Positions 29,119 through 38,945 of a stretch of 64,000 nt of DNA are shown here, piece by piece. The notes under the pieces were generated by a model, which was not told where the DNA came from, did not search any database, and saw nothing but the letters and a program-made list of their open reading frames with translations. Made by a program: the position numbers and the translations under genes. The stretch's first letter is position 1; every line of letters starts with the position of its first letter. Source of the stretch: Candidatus Gottesmanbacteria bacterium (GTDB lineage Bacteria > Patescibacteriota > Microgenomatia > UBA10105 > UBA927); NCBI GenBank assembly GCA_963711735.1, contig CAVQFA010000004.1:4872-68871 (forward strand), read 5' to 3'.

Positions 29119-30545
29119 TTCTTTTTTGTCAAATCGATAATGGCAAATTTATCATTTCTGACTAATACTGTGTACGTTTCGGCAAGTGTTTTAGTTTCCC
29201 AATCAGCGTCTGTCGGGGATACGGTGACATAGTGTGTCGCACCCATATCTATTTTTTTAGGAATATCAAAACCGAGTGGCCACCCCTGACGGTTGATCTG
29301 GTAGAGAAATGTCGTATCACCGTTATACGAAGCAATGACCTTTGCATTCGGAGGTAGCAATTTGTCGGCAACTCTACCGGCTTCCACAATCTCCGGACGA
29401 TTGATCCAATAGTACGTCCGTATGGTATACCAGGAAAATGCAAGCGTAAAAAGCATCACTATTGAAAGGACAAGAGACGTTACTATTTTATTTGTATCAT
29501 GCAGTGTAAAAAACGACTGAACACCTTTAGCCATATATATACATAACATGACAACAACAGGAATCTGGTAATAATCATGCTGGACATTCCCACGGGCGAA
29601 AACTGTAAAATATATGAGCGTCCCGATGCCGAACCAACGGAAAAACCATCCTTCTTTTTTGATTGATGCGGTGAGTCCGGCCACAAGAAATCCTACGCCC
29701 CAATATCCGAGTATTAATTTAGGGATCCGTTCAGCAAATAGCCAATAAAACCAGGCTCCTTTGAAACGGATGTCTCCGCCGTTGAAAAGCCAACTAGATG
29801 CCGGTATCCCTTCCGGGTACTGCATAATCCACACTCTCCACCACCAAAAGGGAAAAAGAACAATTACGGCAAAAACTATACCGCTCCACCACTTTTTAAC
29901 AGGTACTTTTGTTACGAACAAATACAGAATGGGAAGAAGAAAAAATACGGCTGTAGGTTTAACAAGAACTGCCACTGAGGCAAATACTGCGCTAAGAACC
30001 ATATACCACAGAGTTTGTGTTTTTACCCTAATCCACGTATCAAAGAAAAATAACGAAAGCATCACAAAAAATATCATGAACGGTTCAGGGAGAATCGTCC
30101 GGCCGTAGTATACGTTATAGGGAAGTACTGCAAAGAAAAACCCGGCCAGGAGTCCGACAACCGGATTTACATACCGTAACACTAAAAGAATCAGAATGAA
30201 ACACGTTCCCACGGATGCAAGTATCGTGACAAGACGAAGCGTAACTTCAATGGATAAAATCGGTAACAGTATTTTCAATCCAAGGCCGACCGTTTGGTAT
30301 AAAGGAAATTCAACCATCCGCCAGCCGTTTGGATTGTCTTTGCCTGACTGAATATTGGAGAGATCATCATAGCGCGGGTGCAGTGGGTCAAATCCGAATT
30401 TCAGAAAATTCCGGGCAACTGCGGCGGTATCAGACTGCCTCCAGCTGTGCCAATCAGCTACCGGTTGGTCAATTTTATACATACGAAGTCCGATAGTTAA
30501 AAGGAGTATCCCTGTCAATAAAAATGTATATATTCGTTTATCCAT
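29115..30545 (-). CDS. GT-C membrane glycosyltransferase (ArnT/PMT_2-like)
   Basis: Many TM helices; WRQSDTA first loop, EFPLY, R..LPEP, LVKP, HDYYQ. Confidence 0.8.
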   Translation of the reverse strand: MDKRIYTFLLTGILLLTIGLRMYKIDQPVADWHSWRQSDTAAVARNFLKFGFDPLHPRYDDLSNIQSGKDNPNGWRMVEFPLYQTVGLGLKILLPILSIEVTLRLVTILASVGTCFILILLVLRYVNPVVGLLAGFFFAVLPYNVYYGRTILPEPFMIFFVMLSLFFFDTWIRVKTQTLWYMVLSAVFASVAVLVKPTAVFFLLPILYLFVTKVPVKKWWSGIVFAVIVLFPFWWWRVWIMQYPEGIPASSWLFNGGDIRFKGAWFYWLFAERIPKLILGYWGVGFLVAGLTASIKKEGWFFRWFGIGTLIYFTVFARGNVQHDYYQIPVVVMLCIYMAKGVQSFFTLHDTNKIVTSLVLSIVMLFTLAFSWYTIRTYYWINRPEIVEAGRVADKLLPPNAKVIASYNGDTTFLYQINRQGWPLGFDIPKKIDMGATHYVTVSPTDADWETKTLAETYTVLVRNDKFAIIDLTKKK

Positions 30546-30550
30546 AACCG

Positions 30551-33538
30551 CTATTCCCCGATAATTTGAACTTCTTTTGTCATGCGCAGAATTTTATAAT
30601 TATCGAAATTCAATACATAGAGCGCTCCGCCCTGAACTTTATATTCAACTGAGCTTGGTATATCCTTCCCTTTTACAACATGATAGTCACTTCCCCGGAA
30701 CAAATGCCACATCGCGTCATCCATACCGGTCGGGAATATCCATGCCCGCCCATACCGTATCGGTGTGTTCACAAAAACGAAAGTTGTTTTCATGGTAAGC
30801 GGAAAAAATTCTTTCCTAAGAGTAAGAAGTGTCTGACGGGACACAGAATAAGCTTTTTCCCAATCAGAACCGACATGCGATGCTTCCATGACGTTCCAGA
30901 TGATAAAAATGATAGCTATAACCAATAGGACCACACGGACAAACAGGATCGTTGTGCGCTTTAACAGAATATCAAAAAATGTAACGATGGATATTATAAA
31001 TAAACCGGATGCGGTAAGCACATATCTTTCAGCGTTCCCTCCGAGCCCGATATACGCAGAAAGTGAGATGCATCCTGCAAGTGCCCAAATAAAAGGCAGA
31101 CGGTAGTGAATGAATTTTTTACGTACTGCCAAACAAAACGCAATGATAAATATTACGACCGCACCAACAACATATCTCATTTGGTTTGTGTGTGTTCGCA
31201 GTATTCCACGGAGAGTTTCCGAATACTCCATAGCTTTGGGTCCGATAAACATTGCCAGGATATAGGTTAATCCGTTACCGATGATGTTGAACGGCAATTT
31301 TTGAATATTGACGGCATAATCTCCTGACGGCGGAAGTGCATGAACATATTGCCGTATCCAAAGGTACAAAGGTACAAATAGTAAAATCCAAAGACTCTGA
31401 AATAACCTCTTCTTCCCATACAAAGAAGAAATAATCCAGATGATGACAGGAGCGACAAGCATTCCGTCGTACGAAAGCATGGAAATAATCATACACAACA
31501 CTCCCGACAGCTGATAGAACGTACTCCATCTCTTCGTTTTACTCCCCCAACCGTTTATGAACGCGAACGTTGCACTAAACAAAAATACGGCAGAAAGTAG
31601 GCTGCTTTGACCGGAAATCCAGAAAATATTTTCGTGGTGAACTGCCATTACAGCAAATGCAAGTGCGCCAAACCACGCAAGCATCGGTTTCACGTTCATT
31701 TTCTTCAGAATATTCCATATAAAAAGAACGATCGCACTATAGAGTGAGAGTGACATAAATAGATACGGAATAGGTTTCAACCAAAAAACAGAGTAAAGTA
31801 TGAAATACCACAATTTCGGAATAGGCCGCCAGAAAAACCCATCTGATTGAGTGAAAAATTTCCCGACATCGTACATCGAGCTTTGTGCAGCCCATCTGAG
31901 CCATGTAAAATCATCTCCGAGAAAATACCCTGAAAATGCTTTTCCGAATACCAGAAAAACAACGAGAATAAGATACGCACCGTATGCATATTTGCTTGTA
32001 CATGCGTTCCACAAAACATGTATATATGATTTATTCTTCCGATCAACAAAGTCCAAAAGCGCAACACCTGCCCCCAGGAGTATCCAGAACGTATATGCTA
32101 CCTTTGAGGCTTCAAAAACATCAATGAGTACTGCATTTAACAGGAGTCCTACAATACCGGCAAATAACCCTATGACGTATGCCCGGGGAACGTAGGTCAA
32201 TTTATCTTTCAGACGTAAAAAGATGGTGAATGCGTAATAAAGTATTCCCAGAAACGCAATTGCCCCGAGTATTCCCGTTTCTCCGAGCATTCTGAAATAA
32301 TCTCCGTCTGTGGCGACGGATAAAGTGGAATAGCCGCTTCCTGTGAGGATATTCCGTTTAAATGCTTCTATTGCTTTCGGCCACTGACCCTGAAGCCTTG
32401 TCGTTATGGATATGTCATAGACAAGTGCCTTTTGGATAAGAAAACTACCGGACACTGTAGCAAGGTCTCCTGACCCTGTTGCGAGATCATGTCCTTTATA
32501 GAACTCTATTGTTTTTGCTGTTTGTTTTATACCGGAGGAACCTATACTTATAAATTCCGTGCCTTTCGGAAGATTTTCAACGTCGGGTTTCTCCTGATTT
32601 TCTACGGTTGCGGTTCCGCCTTCCAACTTATCAAGTGTACCGATGGGTCTTCCGGTTGAAAGGTCGACAATGACATCACTGAATCGGAATGTTTTATAGA
32701 ACCTGTCTGATGCGACACTTACGGAATTTAGCATCAAAAAACTAAAAATAACGACAGGAATAATCCATATCCACTTTTTGTGCCATAATAGCATCGTAAT
32801 GATTGCGGCAAGATATACCCCGAACGATACGCGGGATGCTGTCATTAATAGTAACAGGAGCGATCCTGCAGCGAGGAAAAAAAACACTACCTTTTTCCAC
32901 CACTCCTGAAATCCAAATACCATACTTCCGAATAACGGAATGAGAAGAACAAGAAATGCCGCCAGATCGTAATGACCGCCAAATGTCGAAGGTATACGTG
33001 CTGTAGGCGGCAGCCGAAGCGGTAATCCTTTTGCAAATTCCTCATTCATGGTCAAAAATGCCGGCCAACCTAAGAATTTTTGCCCGAATCCATAAGCGAT
33101 AACACATACGATTGTTACAGCAAGAACCCATAAGATGGGTTCTACTCCTTTTATCCTTCTTACCGCATCGTATGCCACAAAAAACAATCCCATATATTCA
33201 ATACGGCGGATAAAATGTAACGCTGCAAGGTGAGGAAAGTAGTTAGCTAAGTGAGGACCGATAAACAGAATGGAAATAATAACGGAAATAAGACCGACGA
33301 GCCAGTACAGGATAATTGGCAGAGTCAGCGATGAGTGTGGTTTCTCTCTTTTTATAATCCTTGTCAGGATATAAAACCCAAGAACTGCTGCTACCAGAAC
33401 GTCCTCTATACGAATATTTACCCATGTACCGAAAACATCAAAAAGAGGCAGTTTGGGATAGAGCGGAATAAATGCCAGAAGAAACAGCATGCATCCGGCT
33501 AAAAAAACGTCACTTGATTGTATTAAGCGCTTCAACAT
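30551..33538 (-). CDS. Fusion of an O-antigen ligase/polymerase (Wzy_C-like) domain and a TMTC-like GT-C membrane domain
   Basis: 995 aa; N-half RIPSTFGG, TASR, G.GYS...YFRMLGETGILG; C-half GDDFTW, FWRP, HHENIFWISG, ERY. Confidence 0.72.
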   Translation of the reverse strand: MLKRLIQSSDVFLAGCMLFLLAFIPLYPKLPLFDVFGTWVNIRIEDVLVAAVLGFYILTRIIKREKPHSSLTLPIILYWLVGLISVIISILFIGPHLANYFPHLAALHFIRRIEYMGLFFVAYDAVRRIKGVEPILWVLAVTIVCVIAYGFGQKFLGWPAFLTMNEEFAKGLPLRLPPTARIPSTFGGHYDLAAFLVLLIPLFGSMVFGFQEWWKKVVFFFLAAGSLLLLLMTASRVSFGVYLAAIITMLLWHKKWIWIIPVVIFSFLMLNSVSVASDRFYKTFRFSDVIVDLSTGRPIGTLDKLEGGTATVENQEKPDVENLPKGTEFISIGSSGIKQTAKTIEFYKGHDLATGSGDLATVSGSFLIQKALVYDISITTRLQGQWPKAIEAFKRNILTGSGYSTLSVATDGDYFRMLGETGILGAIAFLGILYYAFTIFLRLKDKLTYVPRAYVIGLFAGIVGLLLNAVLIDVFEASKVAYTFWILLGAGVALLDFVDRKNKSYIHVLWNACTSKYAYGAYLILVVFLVFGKAFSGYFLGDDFTWLRWAAQSSMYDVGKFFTQSDGFFWRPIPKLWYFILYSVFWLKPIPYLFMSLSLYSAIVLFIWNILKKMNVKPMLAWFGALAFAVMAVHHENIFWISGQSSLLSAVFLFSATFAFINGWGSKTKRWSTFYQLSGVLCMIISMLSYDGMLVAPVIIWIISSLYGKKRLFQSLWILLFVPLYLWIRQYVHALPPSGDYAVNIQKLPFNIIGNGLTYILAMFIGPKAMEYSETLRGILRTHTNQMRYVVGAVVIFIIAFCLAVRKKFIHYRLPFIWALAGCISLSAYIGLGGNAERYVLTASGLFIISIVTFFDILLKRTTILFVRVVLLVIAIIFIIWNVMEASHVGSDWEKAYSVSRQTLLTLRKEFFPLTMKTTFVFVNTPIRYGRAWIFPTGMDDAMWHLFRGSDYHVVKGKDIPSSVEYKVQGGALYVLNFDNYKILRMTKEVQIIGE

Positions 33539-34385
33539 ATGTATCTTTCAGATCATCATTACCGGTCACAAACCCGACACTCAGAGCAATCAGTGCCTTT
33601 ACTTTCAATAGTACGCGTAATACATTAACCTGCCAACCCGGGAAATATTTGGAATAGAAATACATAAGTCCCCGGTAAATATTTAATACCGGGTGTTTTA
33701 ATGATCCGCTGGATGCGGCACCAACATGAATAAACCGTGCATGAGGAAAGAAATACGTATGTATTCCTTTCATGTGTGCCCGATACAACAGATCTATCTC
33801 ATCCATATACATGAATATTGACTCGTCAAACGGATAACGTACAAACAGATCCTTTTGTCCTATTAAACAAGCTCCTGAAACCCAATCCACTTTCCGTACT
33901 GTTTTCGGTGAATATCGTGTAATTCCGAGTTTATCGCCCTGAAGAAATAATGACTCAATGACAACGGGAAGGGTATAAAATGAACCGCAGGAATACTGTA
34001 CGGTTTTATCGGTATTAAAAAGTTTCCCTCCTGCAAAAGCAGATTTTTTAGAACGAATGTACCCTAATAATTTGGCAATTGATCCGGGTTGGGCAATACA
34101 ATCGCTGTTTAACAGTAGAACATATTGTCCCCTTGCTTTTTGTATTGCCTGGTTATTTGCTTTTCCAAATCCTTCATTTTTCGAATTCTTAAGAAGAATG
34201 ACATTTTGATAGTCGTGGGAGACCATTCCAATACTCCCGTCTGACGAATTGTTGTCAACGACTATCGTTTCGTGCGAAACGTGAGATCCTGTAAATCCCC
34301 TGTCTAGCGCATCCAGACACCGTTTCAGAAGATTTTTTGTATTGAAATTGACGATAATGCATGATACATCAAGAGTTTCCGCCAT
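33510..34385 (-). CDS. GT2 glycosyltransferase
   Basis: IIVNFN, DNNSSD, GFGKANN, LLNSD, WVSGA, FMYMDEID. Confidence 0.92.
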   Translation of the reverse strand: MAETLDVSCIIVNFNTKNLLKRCLDALDRGFTGSHVSHETIVVDNNSSDGSIGMVSHDYQNVILLKNSKNEGFGKANNQAIQKARGQYVLLLNSDCIAQPGSIAKLLGYIRSKKSAFAGGKLFNTDKTVQYSCGSFYTLPVVIESLFLQGDKLGITRYSPKTVRKVDWVSGACLIGQKDLFVRYPFDESIFMYMDEIDLLYRAHMKGIHTYFFPHARFIHVGAASSGSLKHPVLNIYRGLMYFYSKYFPGWQVNVLRVLLKVKALIALSVGFVTGNDDLKDTYVEALNTIK

Positions 34386-34403
34386 AGTAATGAATCGACC
34401 TTC

Positions 34404-35003
34404 TTATTGGAATAAACGGGCAAATTTCAGTGTATACCGGAGATTTTTCGGTCTGGTCCGGATTGTTTGGGCCGGAACTCCTCCGACAACGGTATATGAA
34501 GGGATACTTTTTGTAACAACCGCCCCGGATGCTATAACCGCCCCTTCACCCACCGTGACACCGGGAAGTATCATTACACGACTTCCTATGACCGCATAAT
34601 CTTCTATCTTCACAGGAGCGTACGTTTCAGCAAAGTCCGGACTGTCTATATCATGCTCCATCGTATATATGCGTATTTCACCGGCGATAGAAACGTTATT
34701 TCCAATTACCAGAGGCCGGATACCGGGATTTAAAAATTCACGCAGGTATGAGAGCCACTTCTGTTGCCCTTTCGTCCACGACCGTTTCATTCTACCGTCC
34801 AAAAAAGCGTCATTTCCTATAATTGTATTGTGGCCGATTTCGATTCCGGATGGAACGTTAAAACGCGCTAGCCAATGAACAGACGAGTCATGACCGATTT
34901 TCATCCGGAACAGATACCGGTATAAAAACAACCGTATGGTATGGCTCGGAATGAAACCCGTCAGTGTAGATAGATATATCCAAAAATCGATTAATATACG
35001 CAT
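34404..35003 (-). CDS. Hexapeptide-repeat acyltransferase (WcaF/MAT-like)
   Basis: Left-handed beta-helix repeats; ILPGVTVGEGAVIASGAVVTK, GGVPA. Confidence 0.9.
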   Translation of the reverse strand: MRILIDFWIYLSTLTGFIPSHTIRLFLYRYLFRMKIGHDSSVHWLARFNVPSGIEIGHNTIIGNDAFLDGRMKRSWTKGQQKWLSYLREFLNPGIRPLVIGNNVSIAGEIRIYTMEHDIDSPDFAETYAPVKIEDYAVIGSRVMILPGVTVGEGAVIASGAVVTKSIPSYTVVGGVPAQTIRTRPKNLRYTLKFARLFQ

Positions 35004-35016
35004 ATTGCTTTTAAAC

Positions 35017-36174
35017 TTAAAGCAGATGATTTCCTATATTCGTCAGGATATCAAGCGTTTGTTTGGCCGCATTGTCCCAACTGAACTTTTTGACCTGATC
35101 CATCCCGCGTTTTATCCGTGTTTTTCCCTGCATGAGATTTCTTTCTCTGACTGCAGTCAGCATGCCTTTAACAATACTCCCGGTTTTTTCGGGATCCACG
35201 TAAACACCTGCTTTTCCTGCAATTTCAGGTAAACTGGACACATCGGATACTATAACAGGACACCCGCAACTCATAGCTTCAGCAACCGGAAGTCCGAACC
35301 CTTCATACAAACTCGGCAATACAAAGCACATAGCGTGCTTATATAGGGAAGGCAGATCGCCGTCGGGAACATAATCAAGAAACTTAACTTTTCCTTCAAC
35401 ACCATACGTACGGGGTGCCGAAAGAATTTCCTCATACATCCAGCCCTTTTTTCCGACAATGACAAGCTGGATATCCCTTCGTCTCTGCTTGTACTCTTTT
35501 AGAAATAGAGAAAATGCTTCTATTAACCGCACAAAATTTTTCCTCGGTTGAAGCGTCCCGACAGTCAAAATATAATTCCTACTGATTTTGTATTTTGTAA
35601 AAATATCAGTTTCACTCATAGCATTTGCCGGTTCCATATCAATTCCGGGATAGGTTACCGTTATTGACGATTCTGGTATTTGGTACTCCCGTATTATAGC
35701 ATCTCTTGTTGATGAGCTTATAGTTAGAATTTTCGCAGCATGACGGACTGAATACTTCGTCCATTCCCGAAGTTGATATAAATCTTTTGCTTTAAAAAGG
35801 TCCGGATAATATATATAGGACAAATCCATTACGGACAAAACTCTCGGAATATTTATAAACCTTGGAGCGTAGTGAGTCGGTGAAAAAACGACACCGGCCC
35901 GCGGCATATCCCAAAAAAGAGCCATTGGGAGACCTATAAATGTCCAAAATCGTTTTGGAACTACCAATCGGTATTGCCACCACGAACACTCCTTGGGCAT
36001 GAACGAAAGAGGTTCATCGGGAAGATAAACTCTGTAGGTATTTCCGTTTTTCTCACCTTTCTCTCTTTTTGTTTTTTCGATTGCATACATATGAGAAAGT
36101 ATCTGGTATGCATACTGCCCGATACCGACCCTATGTATGACGTTTGCTTCATATCCGTCAATGGCAATGATCAT
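35017..36174 (-). CDS. GT4 glycosyltransferase
   Basis: IAIDG, VMDL, GTLQPRKN, EGFGLPVAEA. Confidence 0.93.
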   Translation of the reverse strand: MIIAIDGYEANVIHRVGIGQYAYQILSHMYAIEKTKREKGEKNGNTYRVYLPDEPLSFMPKECSWWQYRLVVPKRFWTFIGLPMALFWDMPRAGVVFSPTHYAPRFINIPRVLSVMDLSYIYYPDLFKAKDLYQLREWTKYSVRHAAKILTISSSTRDAIIREYQIPESSITVTYPGIDMEPANAMSETDIFTKYKISRNYILTVGTLQPRKNFVRLIEAFSLFLKEYKQRRRDIQLVIVGKKGWMYEEILSAPRTYGVEGKVKFLDYVPDGDLPSLYKHAMCFVLPSLYEGFGLPVAEAMSCGCPVIVSDVSSLPEIAGKAGVYVDPEKTGSIVKGMLTAVRERNLMQGKTRIKRGMDQVKKFSWDNAAKQTLDILTNIGNHLL

Positions 36175-36716
36175 AATTTTGAAATTCCGGGATACACTAC
36201 TGTAAGCTGACTGTCCGGAAGATGGTAATAATGTATGACATCTTTTTTTGTCGCGATAGAATCACATAAAAAGTGTTTACATTCCGAAACAGCCCGCTGT
36301 AATCTTTTCTTCTGAACCGTAACGATGATGTCTGTAAAACTCTCAGGATATCTGAGGAAACTGACATCATGAATTGTTGTAATACCTATGGCTGTTGAAA
36401 TGGGTGGCTGAACCCAATCGCTGGACCAAAATATATCGATGTGTCCGATGAGCCATTCAATCGGAATTATATGCAGATCATTCCAGAGAAATGTGAGCAG
36501 TGTCGGCGGAAAAGGAAATACCCTCAGAATTACCTTTCCGTGCGGAAGCTGTTGATAAAATTTGGCAAAAACATGACGTTTCCTCAGCGATGATGCGAAC
36601 AATATATACGTATTATGAACATCTTTTTTGACAAGCTCAGTCACGAGATTTCGCACGTAGCGGTCTACACCGGTTCCTTCATATGCAATTTGACTTATAT
36701 CAATGCCTATCTTCAT
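36171..36716 (-). CDS. Stand-alone N-terminal (acceptor-binding) domain of a GT4 glycosyltransferase
   Basis: 181 aa; MKIGIDIS, TGV.RY, TTIHDVSF, DS.ATK.D; ends at the interdomain linker VVYPG with no Ex7E domain; stop overlaps next ATG. Confidence 0.75.
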   Translation of the reverse strand: MKIGIDISQIAYEGTGVDRYVRNLVTELVKKDVHNTYILFASSLRKRHVFAKFYQQLPHGKVILRVFPFPPTLLTFLWNDLHIIPIEWLIGHIDIFWSSDWVQPPISTAIGITTIHDVSFLRYPESFTDIIVTVQKKRLQRAVSECKHFLCDSIATKKDVIHYYHLPDSQLTVVYPGISKL

Positions 36717-36742
36717 AGTAAATACCGGATACAAAACACTTA

Positions 36743-37722
36743 TTAATACCCTTCCGGGTGTGCTTTATGCCACTTCCATGCACTCCCGATTATCATATCA
36801 ATATCCGTAAAAATTGGCTTCCAGTTTAATAATTTCATTGCTTTTGTATTATCCGCAAAAATCGCATCCGGGTCCCCTTCGCGTCTTGCAACAAATACGT
36901 ACGGAATTTTCTTACCGCTTATCCGTTCAGCTGATTTGAGAATTTCCAGATTGGAATACCCCTTTCCGACACCTAAATTGACAACCAGAGATGCGGATGT
37001 TTTTTGGATATATTCGATGGCTTTTATATGTGCATCAGCCAGATCAAGAATGTGAATATAATCGCGGATGCACGTTCCGTCCGTGTGTGATAGTCGTTTC
37101 CGAACACCGTAAATTCTTTTTTAATGCCAGCTGCAACCTGCAGGGCAATCGGTATGATGTGTGTTTCGCCCGGATGATCTTCACCGAGTGACCCGTCAGT
37201 TAGCGCGCCCGCAGCATTAAAATACCGTAAAAACGCATGCCGTATCCCGTATATCTTTTCGTACCATTCCAATATTTCCTCAAAATTCCGTTTAGATGCA
37301 CCGTATACGCTTACCGGTTTGTATGATTCATTTTCCGTAACCGGTAGATGATCCGGGTACCCGTACACTGCACAAGTCGAGGAAAATATGAATGTATTGC
37401 ATCCCGCGTCTTTCATCGCACTTAATAAATTCAAACCTCCCAGAATATTATTCTGAAAATACAGGTATGGCTTCTCCATAGATTCCCCGGCAAGCGCGAG
37501 AGCGGCAAAATGCATAACGGCATCAAATTTATATTTATGAAATACCGCATCAATATCCTCTTTGTTCCGAAGGTCACCGGTTATACACTCGGTGTTACCG
37601 ATCGATTCTTTATGCCCGGTAGAAAAATTATCAAAAATTACCGTATCAATTCCTTTATCCCGTAACACTTTATTCGTAATCGATCCTATATATCCGGCCC
37701 CGCCGGTTATGAGTACTTTCAT
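36743..37722 (-). pseudogene. galE: UDP-glucose 4-epimerase GalE with a 1-nt deletion frameshift near 37083 (or a sequencing error)
   Basis: AAGGAGG SD; MKVLITGGAGYIGS, YGASK, RYFNAAG. Frame breaks at GNDYHT; the shifted frame reads DGTCIRDYIHILDLADAH...RREGDP...AWKWHKAHPEGY* to 36743. Confidence 0.9.
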
Positions 37723-37946
37723 ATGTCCTCCTTTTTTACGATTTGGGTAAAATTCAGCAAAACTGAAACAAACAGAAAGGCAGCTGCATACATAACCAAA
37801 CGCTCTGCCGTGAAAAATATCCAATACTGAAAAAGCGGAATAGCCAAAATTAAACACAGTAGTCCTGCAATTGTCAGAATACGGGAATTACGTACGTATA
37901 ATAAAACAGAGAATACTATGACAAATACAATATCCTGTGGCTTCAT
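37719..37946 (-). CDS. Small 3-TM hypothetical membrane protein
   Basis: 75 aa, hydrophobic; fills the gap between UXS and galE; TGA overlaps the galE ATG. Confidence 0.75.
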   Translation of the reverse strand: MKPQDIVFVIVFSVLLYVRNSRILTIAGLLCLILAIPLFQYWIFFTAERLVMYAAAFLFVSVLLNFTQIVKKEDI

Positions 37947-37952
37947 AAATTG

Positions 37953-38900
37953 CTATGTAATAGAACGGTAATAACGGATGGTTTCTTCTAATCCGGATTG
38001 TACGGATATGCGGGGTTCCCAGTTCAGATTCTTTTTTGCTTTTGAAATATCCGGTTTCCGGCGCTCCGGATCATCGATCGGCAGATCAGTGTGTACGATA
38101 CATGATTTGGATTGAGTCATTTTTTTAATTTTATCGGCAAAATCCAAAACCGTGTATTCTTCCGGATTTCCGAGATTATATACCTCACCGTCAGTACGCG
38201 GCATGAACATGGCACGCATAATCCCGTCTACCAAGTCCGATACAAAGCAGAACGACCGCGTCTGTGAGCCGTCTCCGTAAACGGTAATATCGGTATTCCG
38301 TAAAGCCTGATTGATAAAATTTGAAACCACTCTTCCGTCTGTCGGTCTCATACGCGGGCCATAGGTATTAAAAATCCGGATTATTCTGGTATTCACGTTA
38401 TACTGGCGGTGATATAACATCGTTATCATCTCACCCCAGCGTTTACCTTCGTCATAGCAGGACCGTAACCCAACGGGATTTACGTTCCCCCAATATGTTT
38501 CCGACTGGGGATGGACGGACGGGTTACCGTATATCTCACTGGTTGACGCAAACAGAAAATGCGCGTCATACGCTTTTACTGCATCCAAAAGGTGCATCGT
38601 ACCGATGGAGTTAACAAGCGCAGTTTCTTTCGGATATTTCTGGTAATCAATGACAGATGCAGGCGATGCCAAATGGAAAAGGTAGTCTATATGTCCTACT
38701 ATCGGAAGCGACTTTGTTACGTCATAGTTTATGAACGTAAAGTCGACATTGTGTTTCAGATGCCCGATATTCCCTTCATTTCCTGTTATGAGGTTATCAA
38801 TGCAGAATACTTTATACCCGGCCTTCAGAAGAGCCTCGGACAGGTGTGAACCGATAAAACCGGCCCCTCCTGTTACAAGACACGTTTTTTGATCTCCCAT
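37953..38900 (-). CDS. UDP-glucuronate decarboxylase (UDP-xylose synthase)
   Basis: TGGAGFIGSHL, HLASPAS, STSEIYG, YWGNVNP.G.RSCYDEGKR, RIFNTYGPRM, DGRVVSNF, DDP.RR.PDI. Confidence 0.93.
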   Translation of the reverse strand: MGDQKTCLVTGGAGFIGSHLSEALLKAGYKVFCIDNLITGNEGNIGHLKHNVDFTFINYDVTKSLPIVGHIDYLFHLASPASVIDYQKYPKETALVNSIGTMHLLDAVKAYDAHFLFASTSEIYGNPSVHPQSETYWGNVNPVGLRSCYDEGKRWGEMITMLYHRQYNVNTRIIRIFNTYGPRMRPTDGRVVSNFINQALRNTDITVYGDGSQTRSFCFVSDLVDGIMRAMFMPRTDGEVYNLGNPEEYTVLDFADKIKKMTQSKSCIVHTDLPIDDPERRKPDISKAKKNLNWEPRISVQSGLEETIRYYRSIT

Positions 38901-38945
38901 ACTGTTATTCTAGCACAGTGAAACACTAAAATTGATATTTTTACG

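Noticed and set aside
37723-37857. N-terminal extension of the galE ORF in the ORF track
   Set aside because: The real start is ATG 37722 behind an AAGGAGG SD; the extension overlaps the 75-aa membrane gene in another frame
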